A DNA stretch of 64,000 bases from Chiloscyllium plagiosum (taxonomy: Eukaryota). The translations under genes were made by a program, and so were the position numbers. Positions 12,561 through 24,570 of this stretch are shown here, one piece after another. How positions within the stretch are numbered: position 1 is the first letter of the stretch; each line of letters starts with the position of its first letter. Location of the stretch: contig NC_057719.1 of assembly GCF_004010195.1 (NCBI RefSeq), forward strand, positions 54,213,926 through 54,277,925, written 5' to 3'. Under the pieces are notes generated by a model, which saw nothing but the letters and a program-made list of their open reading frames with translations, did not search any database and was not told the DNA's origin.

Positions 12561-12806
12561 TTTTGTTTGAAGGTTCTTCCATTCTGAATCTTGACTCTGG
12601 TCTAGTGTTATGTGTGTGCTTATGCTAGAGTAGTTCTCCAGCCCATTACCTGTTATTGCTGCCAGCAAGCAGCACACGCTTTGTGTTTGATGCTTCCTAA
12701 TGTAACCTTTGATTGTATTTCTGGAACCAGTTTTCTTGCATAGAGCCCAGTATTCTTTTTACACTGAATGACTTATAGAGATCTTATGAAGATTAATGGA
12801 GTACAG

Positions 12807-12840
12807 GGCAACTTTATCAAGGCAACTTTATCAAGGCAAC
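12807..12840. repeat. 14-bp tandem duplication (GGCAACTTTATCAA, about 2.4 copies)
   Basis: Directly visible in the sequence. Confidence 0.9.
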
Positions 12841-12959
12841 AAATAGTACTTTCCACATAGCTTGCTCACTTTCTGTTACTGGATTACTATTCAAAAATCA
12901 GTAGGTGCCCCTAATGTTAGCACATGTTATTGTCTAACATCAATGGTTTCAATTTTAAG

Positions 12960-13325
12960 CAGAATGTTGATTGCTGATCTTTCTTTTTTCTCCAAGGGAT
13001 CTTGGGAAGCTTTGATCGGCACTGAAGATGCCTTTAAAACATCAGCTCAAGATGGTGAACTCTAAGGTTTACATGTAACTGATTCCTTCAGAATTACCCA
13101 CAGCTTTGTAGGTTCTCTCTGATTCTGTTGAAGCAGGTCTCCTGTGTTGACACTCTGTAATGCCATGTTTCCAATAGATCTCTTTATTTTCATTGCTTGC
13201 ACCTCTTGTTCAGCAACAACAAAATCCAAAATGCATCCTTTCATTCTTTATTTGACTGACCCAAATTCAGATGGGACATTTTGGATATTCCAAGTCCTGC
13301 TGGGAATCTGTTGGTCATTTTCCTG
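12960..13325 (-). mobile_element. Second decayed Gypsy gag N-terminal relic
   Basis: ORF 13062..13244 (QAMKIKRSIGNMALQSVNTG..QREPTKLW) resembles fish Gypsy gag N-termini. Confidence 0.4.
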
Positions 13326-15058
13326 ATTGCGTCTCCTGTCCTTTGCAAACATTATTGATTGTCTGAGTGTTACAGTAGTAAGTATTTCAGTAACAGGGCA
13401 ACCTATGTACACACTGTTACTTTGACAAGCTATTGCCTGGATTGCTCATGACTGCTGGCCATGTTGTGTCATTCTAGTCCTCAGCTAATTAGCACACTCA
13501 ATTCTCAACCACACAACAATACCCAGTAAGGGCACAAGGCAGCAAAAGAAATTAGATGTTGTTATGTGAAGAGAAAATGATATTGCATGTCTCAGAGATC
13601 TGATCTTTCACAGAATCCTAAATCACTGATTTTCTCACCTAAAGTCATAAACTACAGGATCTTCCTCCCAAACTATCACTTTTTTCACACAAACAACCGG
13701 AAGAAAAATCATTAATGTGAAAATTGCTTCTAACATGGAAATATTCATAGTTATCATGAATTTTCAATAAAGTACTGATTAAATATTAGTATGAATTGTA
13801 CCATACAGCAGTATTCTGAACATGCCTATTAGCAAACGTATGTCTAAAATGTCAAATTGTTTATGCTTCTAGTTGATACGTAAATAATAAATGAACTACA
13901 ATAGGTTAACTGTATAACAGAACTGAATACCATTGATCTTGACATTTTATAAACTACTGTAACAAGGCAGGAAATATGATTCTTTTTTAAAATGTCAGGT
14001 TTTTGATCTGACCAAGTATTTAATAACAGCCACTTATTGGAACTCAAAGGAAGTATAACTATGAAGATTTACCCATCACTTTATTATATCATCTGCCATA
14101 CCCAGTTACTGCCCATCTCTATCTTAGCTCTACAGAAACAACAACTTAATAAGAAAACAAAAATGACTCGACAATAAATATCTACTATGTTCCTCCATTG
14201 ACTAAGATACAAGGTATTCAAAATACCAGGTAAGTTATGAACCTGTAAAACTTACTCTATTTCATCACTGTGTGTACAGTCCTAGCTCTTAAAATCCTTG
14301 AATTCCAATCTAGGAATTCTTTTGAACTATATTTGTGGAGCAGGAGATTTTGTATACTACACTACTGCAAGATTTATCTCTCTATACAAAAGCTACAGAA
14401 TATTGTAAAACATGGATTGTTAAAGAACCATCTATTGGGATATTGTCAAAGAAGGTTAAGCCTGCTGCACAGCTCTGATGGTACATTCATGCATTGAGCA
14501 AAAACACTGTTTGCAAGCAAAACAACCTATTGTTAATAAGAAATCATTCAAGAAGGAATTCATCTGAGTAAACCTATCAGACAGACAACAAATATGTGTG
14601 GGTTAAAGATGTCAAATAATATAATTTCAACAAAACTAAAGAAAAATAATTTCAAAAATATTCTAGTGATTTTGATTCTAATTAAAGAAGGTTATCAAAT
14701 AAAAATGGACATCACATGCCCTATTGAAAGAGTTATAAATCTCCATATATTTCTTTGACTTTAGGTTTTCACTATTCCTCCAATTCCTTTGATTTTTTTT
14801 GGAATAATTCATCACTGGTCTAATTTACAGTTTTAATTCTCAGGGAATTTATACATTGAGATTTCAGACTGCTTTGTGAATTTCCTTTCCATTTTTAGAT
14901 AAACTAATTCATCCATAACATCACAACATGACAATTGTAGTCTAGGTAGAGATTGGTAAAAATATAGTTTTCTGAAGCATATCACTCATTAATTAATGAG
15001 TGTATCCTCCACTGAAAAGTAAAACAACTGCAGTTCCACACTTTGAATAAAGGTCAAA

Positions 15059-15481
15059 TGAATAGGCTGGGGCTGTTTTCCCTGCAGCATCAGAGGCTGA
15101 GGGGTGACCTTATAGAGATTAACAAAATTGAGGGGCATGGATAGGAGAAATAGGCAAAGTCTCTTCCCTGGGGTCAGGGAGTCCAGAACTAGAGGGCATA
15201 GGTTTAGGGTGAGAGGGGAAAGATATAAAAGAGACCTAAGGGGCAATGTTTTCACGCAGAGGGTGGTAAGTGTATGGAATGAGCTGCCAGAGGATGTGGT
15301 GGAGGCTAGTACAATTGCAACATTTAAGAGGCATTTAGATGGGTATATGAACAGGAAGGGTTTGGAGGGATATGGGCCGGGTGCTGGCAGGTGGGACTAG
15401 ATTGGGTTGGGATATCTGGTCAGTATGGACGGGTTGGACTGAAGGGTCTGTTTCCATGCTGTACATCTCTATGACTCTATG
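15059..15481 (+). mobile_element. CR1/HER1 LINE 3' fragment
   Basis: ORF 15128..15400 SRTRGHRFRVRGERYKRDLRGNVFTQRVV; tail CTCTATGACTCTATG. Confidence 0.95.
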
Positions 15482-17018
15482 TCACGAGCAGCACACTCAT
15501 ATTGACTCATATTGTTCAGAGCCCAGGATTTATCTAACTTTTGCATTAGATTAATAGAAATAAAACTTGATGCTTAAAACAATCAAATAGGTACTCATGT
15601 AATTTATTTTGATTCTTTGAGGGTGACATTGTTACATTGCAGTATTGGAATTTGGTAACATTAGAAAAAATTAATCATTTTTGCAATGGAAGTGGATTAA
15701 GAATTTTTGGGAGAAAATGTAGAAGTGGGAAGCAGAAGTGGCTAAAGAGATTAATTCAACATTATGATAATTATAATTTCTAAAAAAACGTGAATTTCCC
15801 AAATCACCATCAGAAATAACTAAAGGCAAGGATTTCACAATTTCAGACTTCTACTCTAACAAACAAAAGTCGAAATAAATCAAACACTGCTGAACAACAA
15901 ATGCATCAAGCTAAACAAAGGTACTTCACATTAATTTGGGAAAACAGTCAAACAATGTCTTACAACTCATTTTACTGAGCCCCATACTTCTCACAGATGT
16001 GTAACATTAAAGTCTCACAGTTAGTGCATTGGCATCCTCACAAGCTACAAACTTGTTTAACTACATGAAGCTTTTTTGTGCACTATATTACCCATTTTAG
16101 TGTGTTGTTACACTTCACTTATTCATGATTTTTGGAGTCAAAACTGTGAAGGAGAAATGTCCTGAAATACAAAAATTGAAAAACACCTTGGAGATAAATA
16201 CAGTGATGATGCAATAAAACTGCACTATATTTCTGGGTCTGGAAAGTGTATGTTGCAAATATCTTGCCAGCTATGTTGCATATGTGCCTTCAACATCATA
16301 CAGTGCAGGAAATGGTGATTTTATTGTGCAATGCATAGTACTCTGCAGTACTGTACATTATTAGTATCCATGAGTACAGAGTATGAATAACATTTTTTAA
16401 AAGACTGTATTAGGACCAAACAGTAAGTTAGTTGGAAAAGTGGTGACACTTGCCATAGAAGTGTCAAGATTAGACAGAAATATGGTGCCAGAACTACCAT
16501 TTTGGTCAGGGAATACTGTGCTAATGAATTTATAATTAGGTACATAAGGCAGTGTGAAAATAAAATAACCAATGTTAGTGACTGTAGTAATCATACAGCC
16601 AGGTTAATCTTTGTAAGTAGGAGAGATCCAGACTTGGGAAGTATTGGAGAAGTTACTTAACATGGGAATTGAGCACAGCATCAAATTGAAGACAGATGTC
16701 AGTTAATAGTCCAATTATTAGAAACAAGGCACTTGATCTGTTATCAGTGCTAAAAGTCACATGTAGAGGAGAGGGGAACTTGTGCTATTGTTGATAATAG
16801 TAATAACAAACAAGGTGTAGAAAGGCTCTCTCGTATTTTGAGATGATTTGCAGTCAATAGAGCACATCTTGAGGAGAAGGAGTGAAATAACTGCACAGAG
16901 GCTGGCATCCCGTCACCATGTCATCCTTTATTTACATGTGCACAGTACATAGGCCCTGACCAGCCAGCTCAGAGTCAGTCCCTAGACTGAGGAGACTCTC
17001 TGACACTCCTGTTTATAT

Positions 17019-17279
17019 TTTATTTCAAAATTACAAAACAGTTTACAAAAAGGAAAACTTAACACTTACAGCTGTATGCAACAGCAATTTTACAAGGGAG
17101 AGGAGCAGCAAAGCCAGGCCCCAAACCCTACCGTTCAACCAGTTTACAGAGAGATGAGGACAAACCTCAAATCCCAGTTTCACATATGACAAGACAGCGA
17201 CAATGACATTTATACATAAGACAATCCTGTTACATAAAAAAGTGCAGACAATACAGACCCAGCAAGCCCCTGTCCCTCC
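17019..17279 (-). mobile_element. Non-LTR (L1/Tx1-like) 3' UTR insertion in the 3' LTR
   Basis: 15-bp TSD CACTCCTGTTTATAT (17004-17018 / 17280-17294); minus strand ends GAAATAAAA; absent from the other LTR. Confidence 0.7.
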
Positions 17280-18630
17280 CACTCCTGTTTATATCTGTCA
17301 GCCAGGGCTTGCTGATCGGCCCAGGTTAACAACCTTAATCAAGGATCTCATTGTTAATGATATCCACCTAGCATCGTTTCAATCACGGTATCCTTCCACT
17401 GCAAGTCCAGGATGTAGGCCTGTTCATTTTCTTGTAGCTTCTCCTGAGACATTTTCAAGCCAAGTCCGGTTCCTCTGACTCGGACTCAAACACTGGCAGC
17501 TGGACCATAGCTGTAACTTGCGCGCACGGTATTTCAGGCGAGTTTCTTCCTCTCCTTCAGGCGATAACTGTATCAAGGCTGCATCCATATCAAATTCTGA
17601 GGTTTCCACAATGCTAGGTGAAGGGGGAGAGCTTACAGTTTCTGATAGCCTTTCTGGCTGTTCTGAGTGGCCAGGTATGTTTTGCTCCTGCCCCATTTGC
17701 ATGGTAGCAGCTTTCATATGATCTTTGCGTTTGTTCAGGACCACTTCACATACCCGAACTTTGCAAGTCACGGGAACTGACCTTGAGTTGATCTCGCCTC
17801 GTACCCATGTAGGGCCGCGTCCATGGTTTTGACACCAAACTTCATCCCCTGAAGTAAACTGTCTATTTCATTCAGAGGAGGCATGGGCCGGCATTGGCGT
17901 TCCTGATGCTGCTTCACCCTTCCTCCCAGTTCCGGGAATATCAGGTTTAACTGGTGTGGAGTCTTCTCCCTGCCAGCAACTCTGCTGGAGCTATCCCTGT
18001 AAGTGCATGAGGGGTGATCCTATAACCAAACAGGAACTGGGTCAGTTTGGTATCGAGTGAAGCTGTAGGCTGTTTCTTTGAGACTGCCTTCATCATTTGG
18101 ACTGCTCTTTCTGCTGAACCATTGGATGATTAATGGAGTGGAGCTGTCCTTATGTTCTCATTGCTATTTGTCTTGATGAAATACTTGAACTCTCTTCTGG
18201 TAAATGACATCCCATTGACCATGACCAAGTCTTCTGGAGTCTCTGCAAAGCAAACGATGCTCGCAGCTTTTGAATCGTCATCCCTGAGTTTGCCAAATGA
18301 ACTCTATGCATGTTCAACCACTTTGAATAGCCATCCACAATGGGCAAGGAGATTGAGCCCATAGAAGGACTGGGATAGACAACCTGTAACCAAGTCCAGA
18401 GCTCACCTGGCCATTCCTACGAATGTGGGGACACTGCTGGTGATAAATGTTGCCCTTGTTGGCACTCTGGGCAATGCCCCACCAACACAGCTATGTCAAC
18501 ATCCAACAGACATAACTTATTGCCAACATTTTCATTTTGAAAACTCCTGGGTGATCCTGGTGAGTTCAGCCAGTATTTGGTGGCGACCTTTATTCAGGTC
18601 AATCACTCTTGCTCCCCACAGCAATAGAGT

Positions 18631-18940
18631 GAATTCCCGACAGTGTGGAAACAGGCCCTTCAGCCCAACAAGTCCACACCGACCCTCCGAAGAGTAACCC
18701 ACCCAGACCCATTTCCCTCTGACTAATGCACCTAACACTATGGGTAATTTAGCATGGCCAATTCACCTGACCTGCACATCTTTGGACTGTGGGAGGAAAC
18801 CGGAGCACCCGGAGGAAACCCACACAGATACGGGGAGAATGTGTAAATGCCACACAGACAGTCACCCGAGGCTGGTATCGAACCTGGGACCCTGGTGCTG
18901 TGAGGCAGCAGTGCTAACCACTGAGCCACCATGCTGCCCC
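18631..18940 (-). mobile_element. HE1 (V-SINE) full-length copy inserted in Gypsy pol
   Basis: tRNA head with A box TGGCTCAGTGG and B box GGTTCGATACC on minus; central TGTGGGTTTCCTCCGGGTGCTCCGGTTTCCTCCCACA domain; CR1-like tail. Confidence 0.9.
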
Positions 18941-20744
18941 CGATATGCCGTCCTCTCCATTGATCTGGTCTCTCCATGTCCGGAAAGGTTTCAGTTCTGG
19001 TTGTGATGGCCCTTTTACTTCCCCCATCAGCTCCAGCTGTTTTAGTTTTGCCAGGACTAGATAATTTTTTGTGTCCACAGTTTGATAATGTCAGCATTGA
19101 CTAGAAGGGGGTGTCCAGAAAGTTTCAAACTACAATGGACTCTTCCATGTAGGGGAGGCATCACTGGTAGTGAATCTGCCAGTGGGAGGTGGCTGAAGGC
19201 ATCTGCATTTGTCACTTAGCTGCCTAGATAGTACATACTGAAAATAAAGGCCCATCGCTGAAGCTATGGGCGGCACACCCTTGTCTTCTTTAAGTAGCCC
19301 TAGCAGGGGCTTGTGGTCACTCATTATTACAAATGTATATCTGTAAAAGTATCTGTAAAAGTTTTTCAAACCAAAGATGACTGCCAAACTTTCCTTCTCT
19401 ATCCAGGTGTATTTGCGTTAGGATCAGCCAATGTCCAAGAAGCATACTCTATAGGGTGTTCCTATCTGTTGGGCCATCAATGAGGCAACACTCCTTCGAT
19501 ACTGTATGGGAAACATTGCATTCCAGCACCACTTCTCTTGGAATCATAGTGGACTAATACCTGCTTTTTCACCTCCTTAAAAGCTACTTCTTGGCTATGT
19601 GACCATTCCCAAGGCTGACCATTGGAAATAGTGTCAGGGCACCATGATACAGGCCAGGCTATGTATGAATCTTCCGTAAAGATTCACTAACCCAATAAAG
19701 ACCTAAGGTCAGGTACAGACCTGGGAGTCAGGGCACCTTTGATTGCCCTCACTTTATCTTCCAATGGGTGTAATCCAGTTCTTGTTCCCTCTGTAGCCCA
19801 AGTTGGTCACTTGGACTGCCTGGAGCACCTTTTATTCCCTTCTAAACTGTACACCCATTAGGGAGAAATGTTTAAGCACTATTTCCAAGTTCTCCAAGTG
19901 CTTTTTATTGGTCTTCCCTGTTATTAGTGCATTATCCAGACAAATGGCAACCTGGGGTAGCCCTTGTAAGATGTTCTCCATTGTCCACTTGGAAAAGGCA
20001 CAGGCTGATGGATACCCCAAATAGCAGTTTTGTATGTCAGTACAAAGTGTTATGAATATTAATAATAGCATACTTCTAGGACTCTAATCTAGTCGCAATG
20101 GCTCATGTCCAACACCACCAACCTGCCCCCACTTCCTCTGCCCCCGCCCCACCCCCGCCAGCGTTGCGTACAAGTCCTCTATTTGATGGATCAGATATTT
20201 ATCCAGCTGTGTGAAGCTGTTTACCATTTGTTTAAAATCTCCACAAAGACAAACTGAGCCCTCGGGCTTCACAAACGGTATGACCAGTGCTGCCCATTCT
20301 GACAAACTGGACTTATTTGATGATCCGTTCACTTTCCAATCACCTGATTTCTGTCTCTGCTTTTGCCCATAAGGTAAGTGGCAATGGACAGGCCTTGCAA
20401 AATCATAGAATGGTCAACATGTAAGGTGGCCTTGGCTCTTTTCATAGTCCCTCGATCTTCCTGAAAATCCTCCGGGCATTTAATTAGGACTTCACTCGGG
20501 CATCCATTTTCTGATCAAAAAGCATTGAGCCAATCAGGATGAATCTTTCTCAATCAATTCTGCCCATCAAGCTTGGGCCTGAGTCTTTTACTACAGTCAG
20601 TGGTAACCAACTGCTTTTTGCAGGGGACCAGAACCAAAGACTCACCCTAAATCTGTAATGATTCTCTGTCTGGCCGAGGTCTTGAGCAAACATAAGGGTT
20701 GGAGCCCAGAGCTAATGTTGTTAAAGACTGGTTCTACAATCACT

Positions 20745-20960
20745 GATTTTGGATTAGTGGTGCTGGAAGAGCACAGCAGTTCAGGCAGCATCCTAGGAGC
20801 AGCAAAATTGACGTTTCAGGCAAAAGCCCTTCATCAGGAAAGGGCTTTTGCCCGAAACGTCAATTTTGCTGCTCCTCGGATGCTGCCTGAACTGCTGTGC
20901 TCTTCCAGCACCACTAATCCAAAATCTGGTTTCCAGCATCTGCAATTATTGTTTTTACCC
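20745..20960 (+). mobile_element. Palindromic Penelope-derived element with hammerhead core, inserted in the Gypsy protease
   Basis: ~90 bp inverted arms plus a one-sided tail; TSD TCTACAAT(C/T)ACTGAT at 20733-20747 / 20962-20976. Confidence 0.85.
20810..20837 (-). ncRNA. Minimal hammerhead ribozyme core
   Basis: CUGAUGA-A-GGGC-UUUU-GCCU-GAAAC-GUC; stem I not evident. Confidence 0.65.
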
Positions 20961-21991
20961 CTCTACAATTACTGATACAGCTGTGGTGGCATCGACCTCC
21001 ATGAGAACCAGGTGACCATTTAACCAGACATTTATTTTGATTGGTTCTGATTTGCATGTTGCTAAGCAATTCAATTATCTCCAAGTAGATGTAGATGGAC
21101 ACTCCAGGGTGTACATGCTCCTGGATACCAGCCTGAGTTCCTTCCTCAAATCAGGCCTCGTAGGACTCCTTTGCTGTCTTGAGTCTGCATACTGGCAGCA
21201 ACTACAATGGCTTGTTGGTCCAGATCCTGAAGAACATTTTAGCCACTTGGCCGAGACTCATCTTTGTTGTGGGATTCTGCTGTAGGCTGACCCGGGGTTC
21301 CACTGCTCAGGATATGCCCTGCGTGAGGATGTGCAGTTGCCTACCTTCAAATGGTATTCCCCAAGCTCAGTTGGAGAGGTAAGGAGTCCACTTCCATTGG
21401 GATGGCCTGGAGCTCACATGTTCTACTTGCTGCATTTTCTCATGACAAAGCCATTTGTAGAACCTGTTTGAAGTCCAATGAGATTCAGCTAGTCAGTACT
21501 TTTGCATGGTTATGTTATTAATCCTAAATGCCCAAAGGTCTCTGAGCATCTCATTCAGGGTTAGCCCATAATCACATGTCTCTGCCAGTGATCTTAATCT
21601 CGTCAAAAATCTTGATACGGATCCCCTGGTTCTCGAACACCCGAATAAAAATGATAACCTCTCAGAATTATAGGATGCTTGAAGTTGTAATATTCTGAAA
21701 CTAAATCCATTAACTCTTGAAAGGTTTTAGTCTCTGATACCTCACGGAAAGTCAGGGTCCTAATAACCGAAAATGCTGGGAATCCACAAGCAGTCGAAAG
21801 GATTACTTACTGCTTTACATCTGTCCAACTTAATTTGCCCAGAAAAGAAACAATGCTTTATTTACACATACTGGGCCAAGTCTTTGACAGCAGGTTCAAA
21901 TTAATCAAACTTCCCAAGTAAATGCCAGAAATGCTTACCCAACTCAAAGACGACTATTGCTGACAAATTTTCTTTAGGAGTGTACTGTTTT

Positions 21992-22003
21992 CTCCAGTCA
22001 CCA
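21992..22003 (-). promoter_or_regulatory. Primer binding site of the Gypsy element
   Basis: TGGTGACTGG on minus, 1 nt after the LTR-terminal CA. Confidence 0.65.
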
Positions 22004-22135
22004 CTGAAATAACTGCACAGAGGCTGGTATCCTGTCACCAATTAACTTTATTTATTTGTACACACTATAAAGGCTCTGACCAGCCAGTTGATGGCCAGTC
22101 ACTTGGAATAGGGAGACTCTCTAATGGTCCTGTTT

Positions 22136-22522
22136 ATTCTATTTATTTATTTTCATTTTTTTAGCAGCAGCAGAGGTAGGCTCAAGTGCAGGTGGGGCCC
22201 AGGCAGCAACAACAACAGTCCAGGTGCAGGTGGGGCCCAGGCAGTAGCAGTTGAGGTGGGGCCCAGGCAGCAGTAATGACAAGGGGCCCCAGGCAACAGC
22301 AGTAGAAGCAATCCTGGGTGCGGGTGGGGCCCAGGTAGCAGTGGTCAGAGCAGGCTCCAGGTGTAGGTCGGCCCAGGCAGCAGTAGCAGTGCAGGCAAGG
22401 GCTAGGCACCAGCAGTAGGAGCAGGCCCAAACTGCAGCAGCAGCAGCAGTGATAGTAATAACACAGCTTCAATAAGCCAAAACAAAGCCAGAAAACAAAC
22501 CAACAAACAATCTCAGTAAAAC
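22136..22522 (-). mobile_element. Non-coding poly(A)-tailed insertion with GC-rich tandem units, in the 5' LTR
   Basis: Flanked by GGTCCTGTTT (22126-22135, 22523-22532); T-rich end on +; repeated GGTGGGGCCCAGGCAGCAG units. Confidence 0.7.
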
Positions 22523-22532
22523 GGTCCTGTTT

Positions 22533-22896
22533 TTTTTCCTTACCCCCACACTACTGCCTAACTGCGGTAGTGCTTATTTTTTTTTCCCCAACACCCATGG
22601 TGTGTGTGTGCAGGTGTGAGACACAGTGAGAGACACAAGGTGCACGAATCTTTATTCAATTTCCACCACCAGGAAGATAGGAAAACACCCGAGTGGCCAG
22701 TGACAAGCACTGCCCTTCACAACAAAGGGCAGTGTTGTGTGATCAAAACAGTGAAGGGGAGGGTAGGGACTAAATCAAAATAGAGTTGGAGGGGGAAATA
22801 ATACACTCCACTCCCTGCGGCGCTCACCTCTCCCTGAACAACTTTAGGGTGTTGGTAGACACCGCGTGCTCCTTCTCCAAGGACACCCGGGCCCTA
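22533..22896 (-). mobile_element. Tx1-clade LINE 3' end inserted in the 5' LTR
   Basis: Minus strand encodes RARVSLEKEHAVSTNTLKLFRER*APQGVECIISPSNSILI*, typical of the Tx1 ORF2 C-terminus; T tract at the junction; flanked by GGTCCTGTTT (22523 / 22897). Confidence 0.8.
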
Positions 22897-23149
22897 GGTC
22901 CTGTTTACATCTGTCAGCCAGGGCACCTTCATTGGCCCAGGTTAACAACTACAGTCAAGGACATCATAGTCAATGAGACCTGCCTGGTCCTCATTCCAAT
23001 TGTTTAATGCATATAAAACTGCTGTTTTCTGGAAGAAAATCCCAAATAATACATACATAACAAAGGAAGAAAGGACTGCCTCTGATTTCAAAGCAACATA
23101 GGACTGGTAAATGTTGTTACTGTATGCCAAAGGGGCTGTTTTCAAGGGT

Positions 23150-24370
23150 AAAACAATGCTGGTTTATTTGTCTTAAAACCAAAGAATCCTTAAAGGAAAA
23201 TAAATCGAATGTGCCAGTTCTTTGGAAGGCAAACAGCAGTGTCTAAGCTGGAGTAGCAGTGCTCAGTGAATAGTTTAATAATTTCTTCCTGCAGGACTTC
23301 AGAGTTTATTTGAGAAGAACAAACTTACCTTCAAAGATCCAACTTATCCTTGATAGTGTACCTGAACATCCATTCTCTATCAGAAAATGCCTTCAGGCTG
23401 TTAAACCTTTTTTATCAAATGCAATTGCACTTATCTAGTCAATGGGCCTGAGGATTAGTGCAGCTTTCAAAACTTAATACATCTGAAGATGTTTCAGCCA
23501 CATTCTCAACCTCATAGAAACAAATCTTTCAACTGCTATCCATGATTGCAGGAAGGAATTTAACATTCTTGCATGAACTGGGATAAGTAAGGATTCGAGA
23601 GATGGAGTTAAAGATAAATTTAGAGAATGAATTATCAATGTCTGTCAGAACAAGAAGTTAGGCCAGAAGCTGCGAATGGTTTCCCAGGGTTTCTCAATGG
23701 TGATAAAGTAGCCAAGATGATTGAGTTGACAAAACAAGTCAGAGGGGTAGGTTTCAAAGACTTGGCCATGAATGAATTAATTGAGATTTTTCAGATGGAT
23801 CAAGTGAAATTCTTGGTGTAAGATGTGGTGAAATTAATGAAATCACATGAATGTAAAAAGGAGGAGGAGGGATAAACAAGAAAAGTTTAATTTACACCCA
23901 AGATGATGGCAGCTCTCACGAGGTCAGCTGAAGAATTGAAAATAAAGTCAACAGATAATGATACAAACAGGGGAAGAAGCATTGTCTTTTGCATTTTGAT
24001 TGACACTGTTTTTCCCTCTTCACCGAGCGCTTTAAAATATTCAAACGTTAAAGGTGAATGAGTCAAAAATAATTCATTTTGTATATGCTGCTGCATCAAA
24101 ATCAATATGACCTCACCCACTCCTCCACCTCCATGTAAATAGACACCAGCTCTACATTATAATAAGGGTCAGTATAACAAATTTTGTATATTTCTTAGTT
24201 TGCTGTACTGGAAAATTTCTCACGTATTAAAGTGTTTTTAGGTGAATTTTATCTTGCTCGGACTATCTGAATACTTGGAACCTATTTAATTTACTTCCAT
24301 CACAACTTGTTCCCTTTTGCCTTTTTTCATATTCTAGGAACTCACCTCCTGCAAATGAGAGGGTATTATG
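23150..24370 (+). mobile_element. Tigger/pogo DDE transposase relic
   Basis: Degenerate PVLWKAN, LILDSVPEHP and ALI*SMGLRISAAFK correspond to the Tigger motifs PV.W.AN.KAW, LLDNAPGHP and LIQPMDQG.I..FK; right boundary uncertain. Confidence 0.65.
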
Positions 24371-24570
24371 ACACAACCAACCATCCAATGCTCTCCAGGC
24401 TCTCCGGTGACTTTTCTTCTCCCAGCTATGCTTGGTTGCATCTTTCAGTATCCTTCATAAGTGATTCTATTCAGCCTGAATCTTTCATATCCAAAAATCC
24501 ATAAACAAATATCCCAATTGTTCTTTCCTTTCCTTTCAACCAGAAATTGAACTGCCCTGCAAAACAATAC

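Larger units (their letters stand above)
16883..23006 (-). mobile_element. Decayed full-length Gypsy LTR retrotransposon (gag-PR-RT-RH-IN) with both LTRs
   Basis: LTRs at 16883-~17390 and 22005-~23006 (both start TGAAATAACTGCACAGAGGCTGG on +); protease MEVDATTAVSVI ~20967-21002; RT ORFs 20084..20332 and 19832..20071; RNase H ORF 19130..19387 (SDHKPLLGL); integrase-like ORF 18150..18362 (IVDGYSKW). Confidence 0.9.

Noticed and set aside
18870..18940. tRNA genes at the SINE heads (also 38900, 58591)
   Set aside because: The A and B boxes continue directly into SINE bodies; no complete cloverleaf.
20745..20960. DNA-transposon MITE or pre-miRNA interpretation of the palindromes
   Set aside because: The asymmetric tail, variable 8-16 bp TSDs, variable junctions, hammerhead core and link to a GIY-YIG fragment fit Penelope-type retrotransposition better.
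22182..22472. Cys-rich 96 aa ORF resembling a metallothionein or keratin-associated protein
   Set aside because: It arises from CTG-rich tandem units inside an insertion flanked by target duplications.
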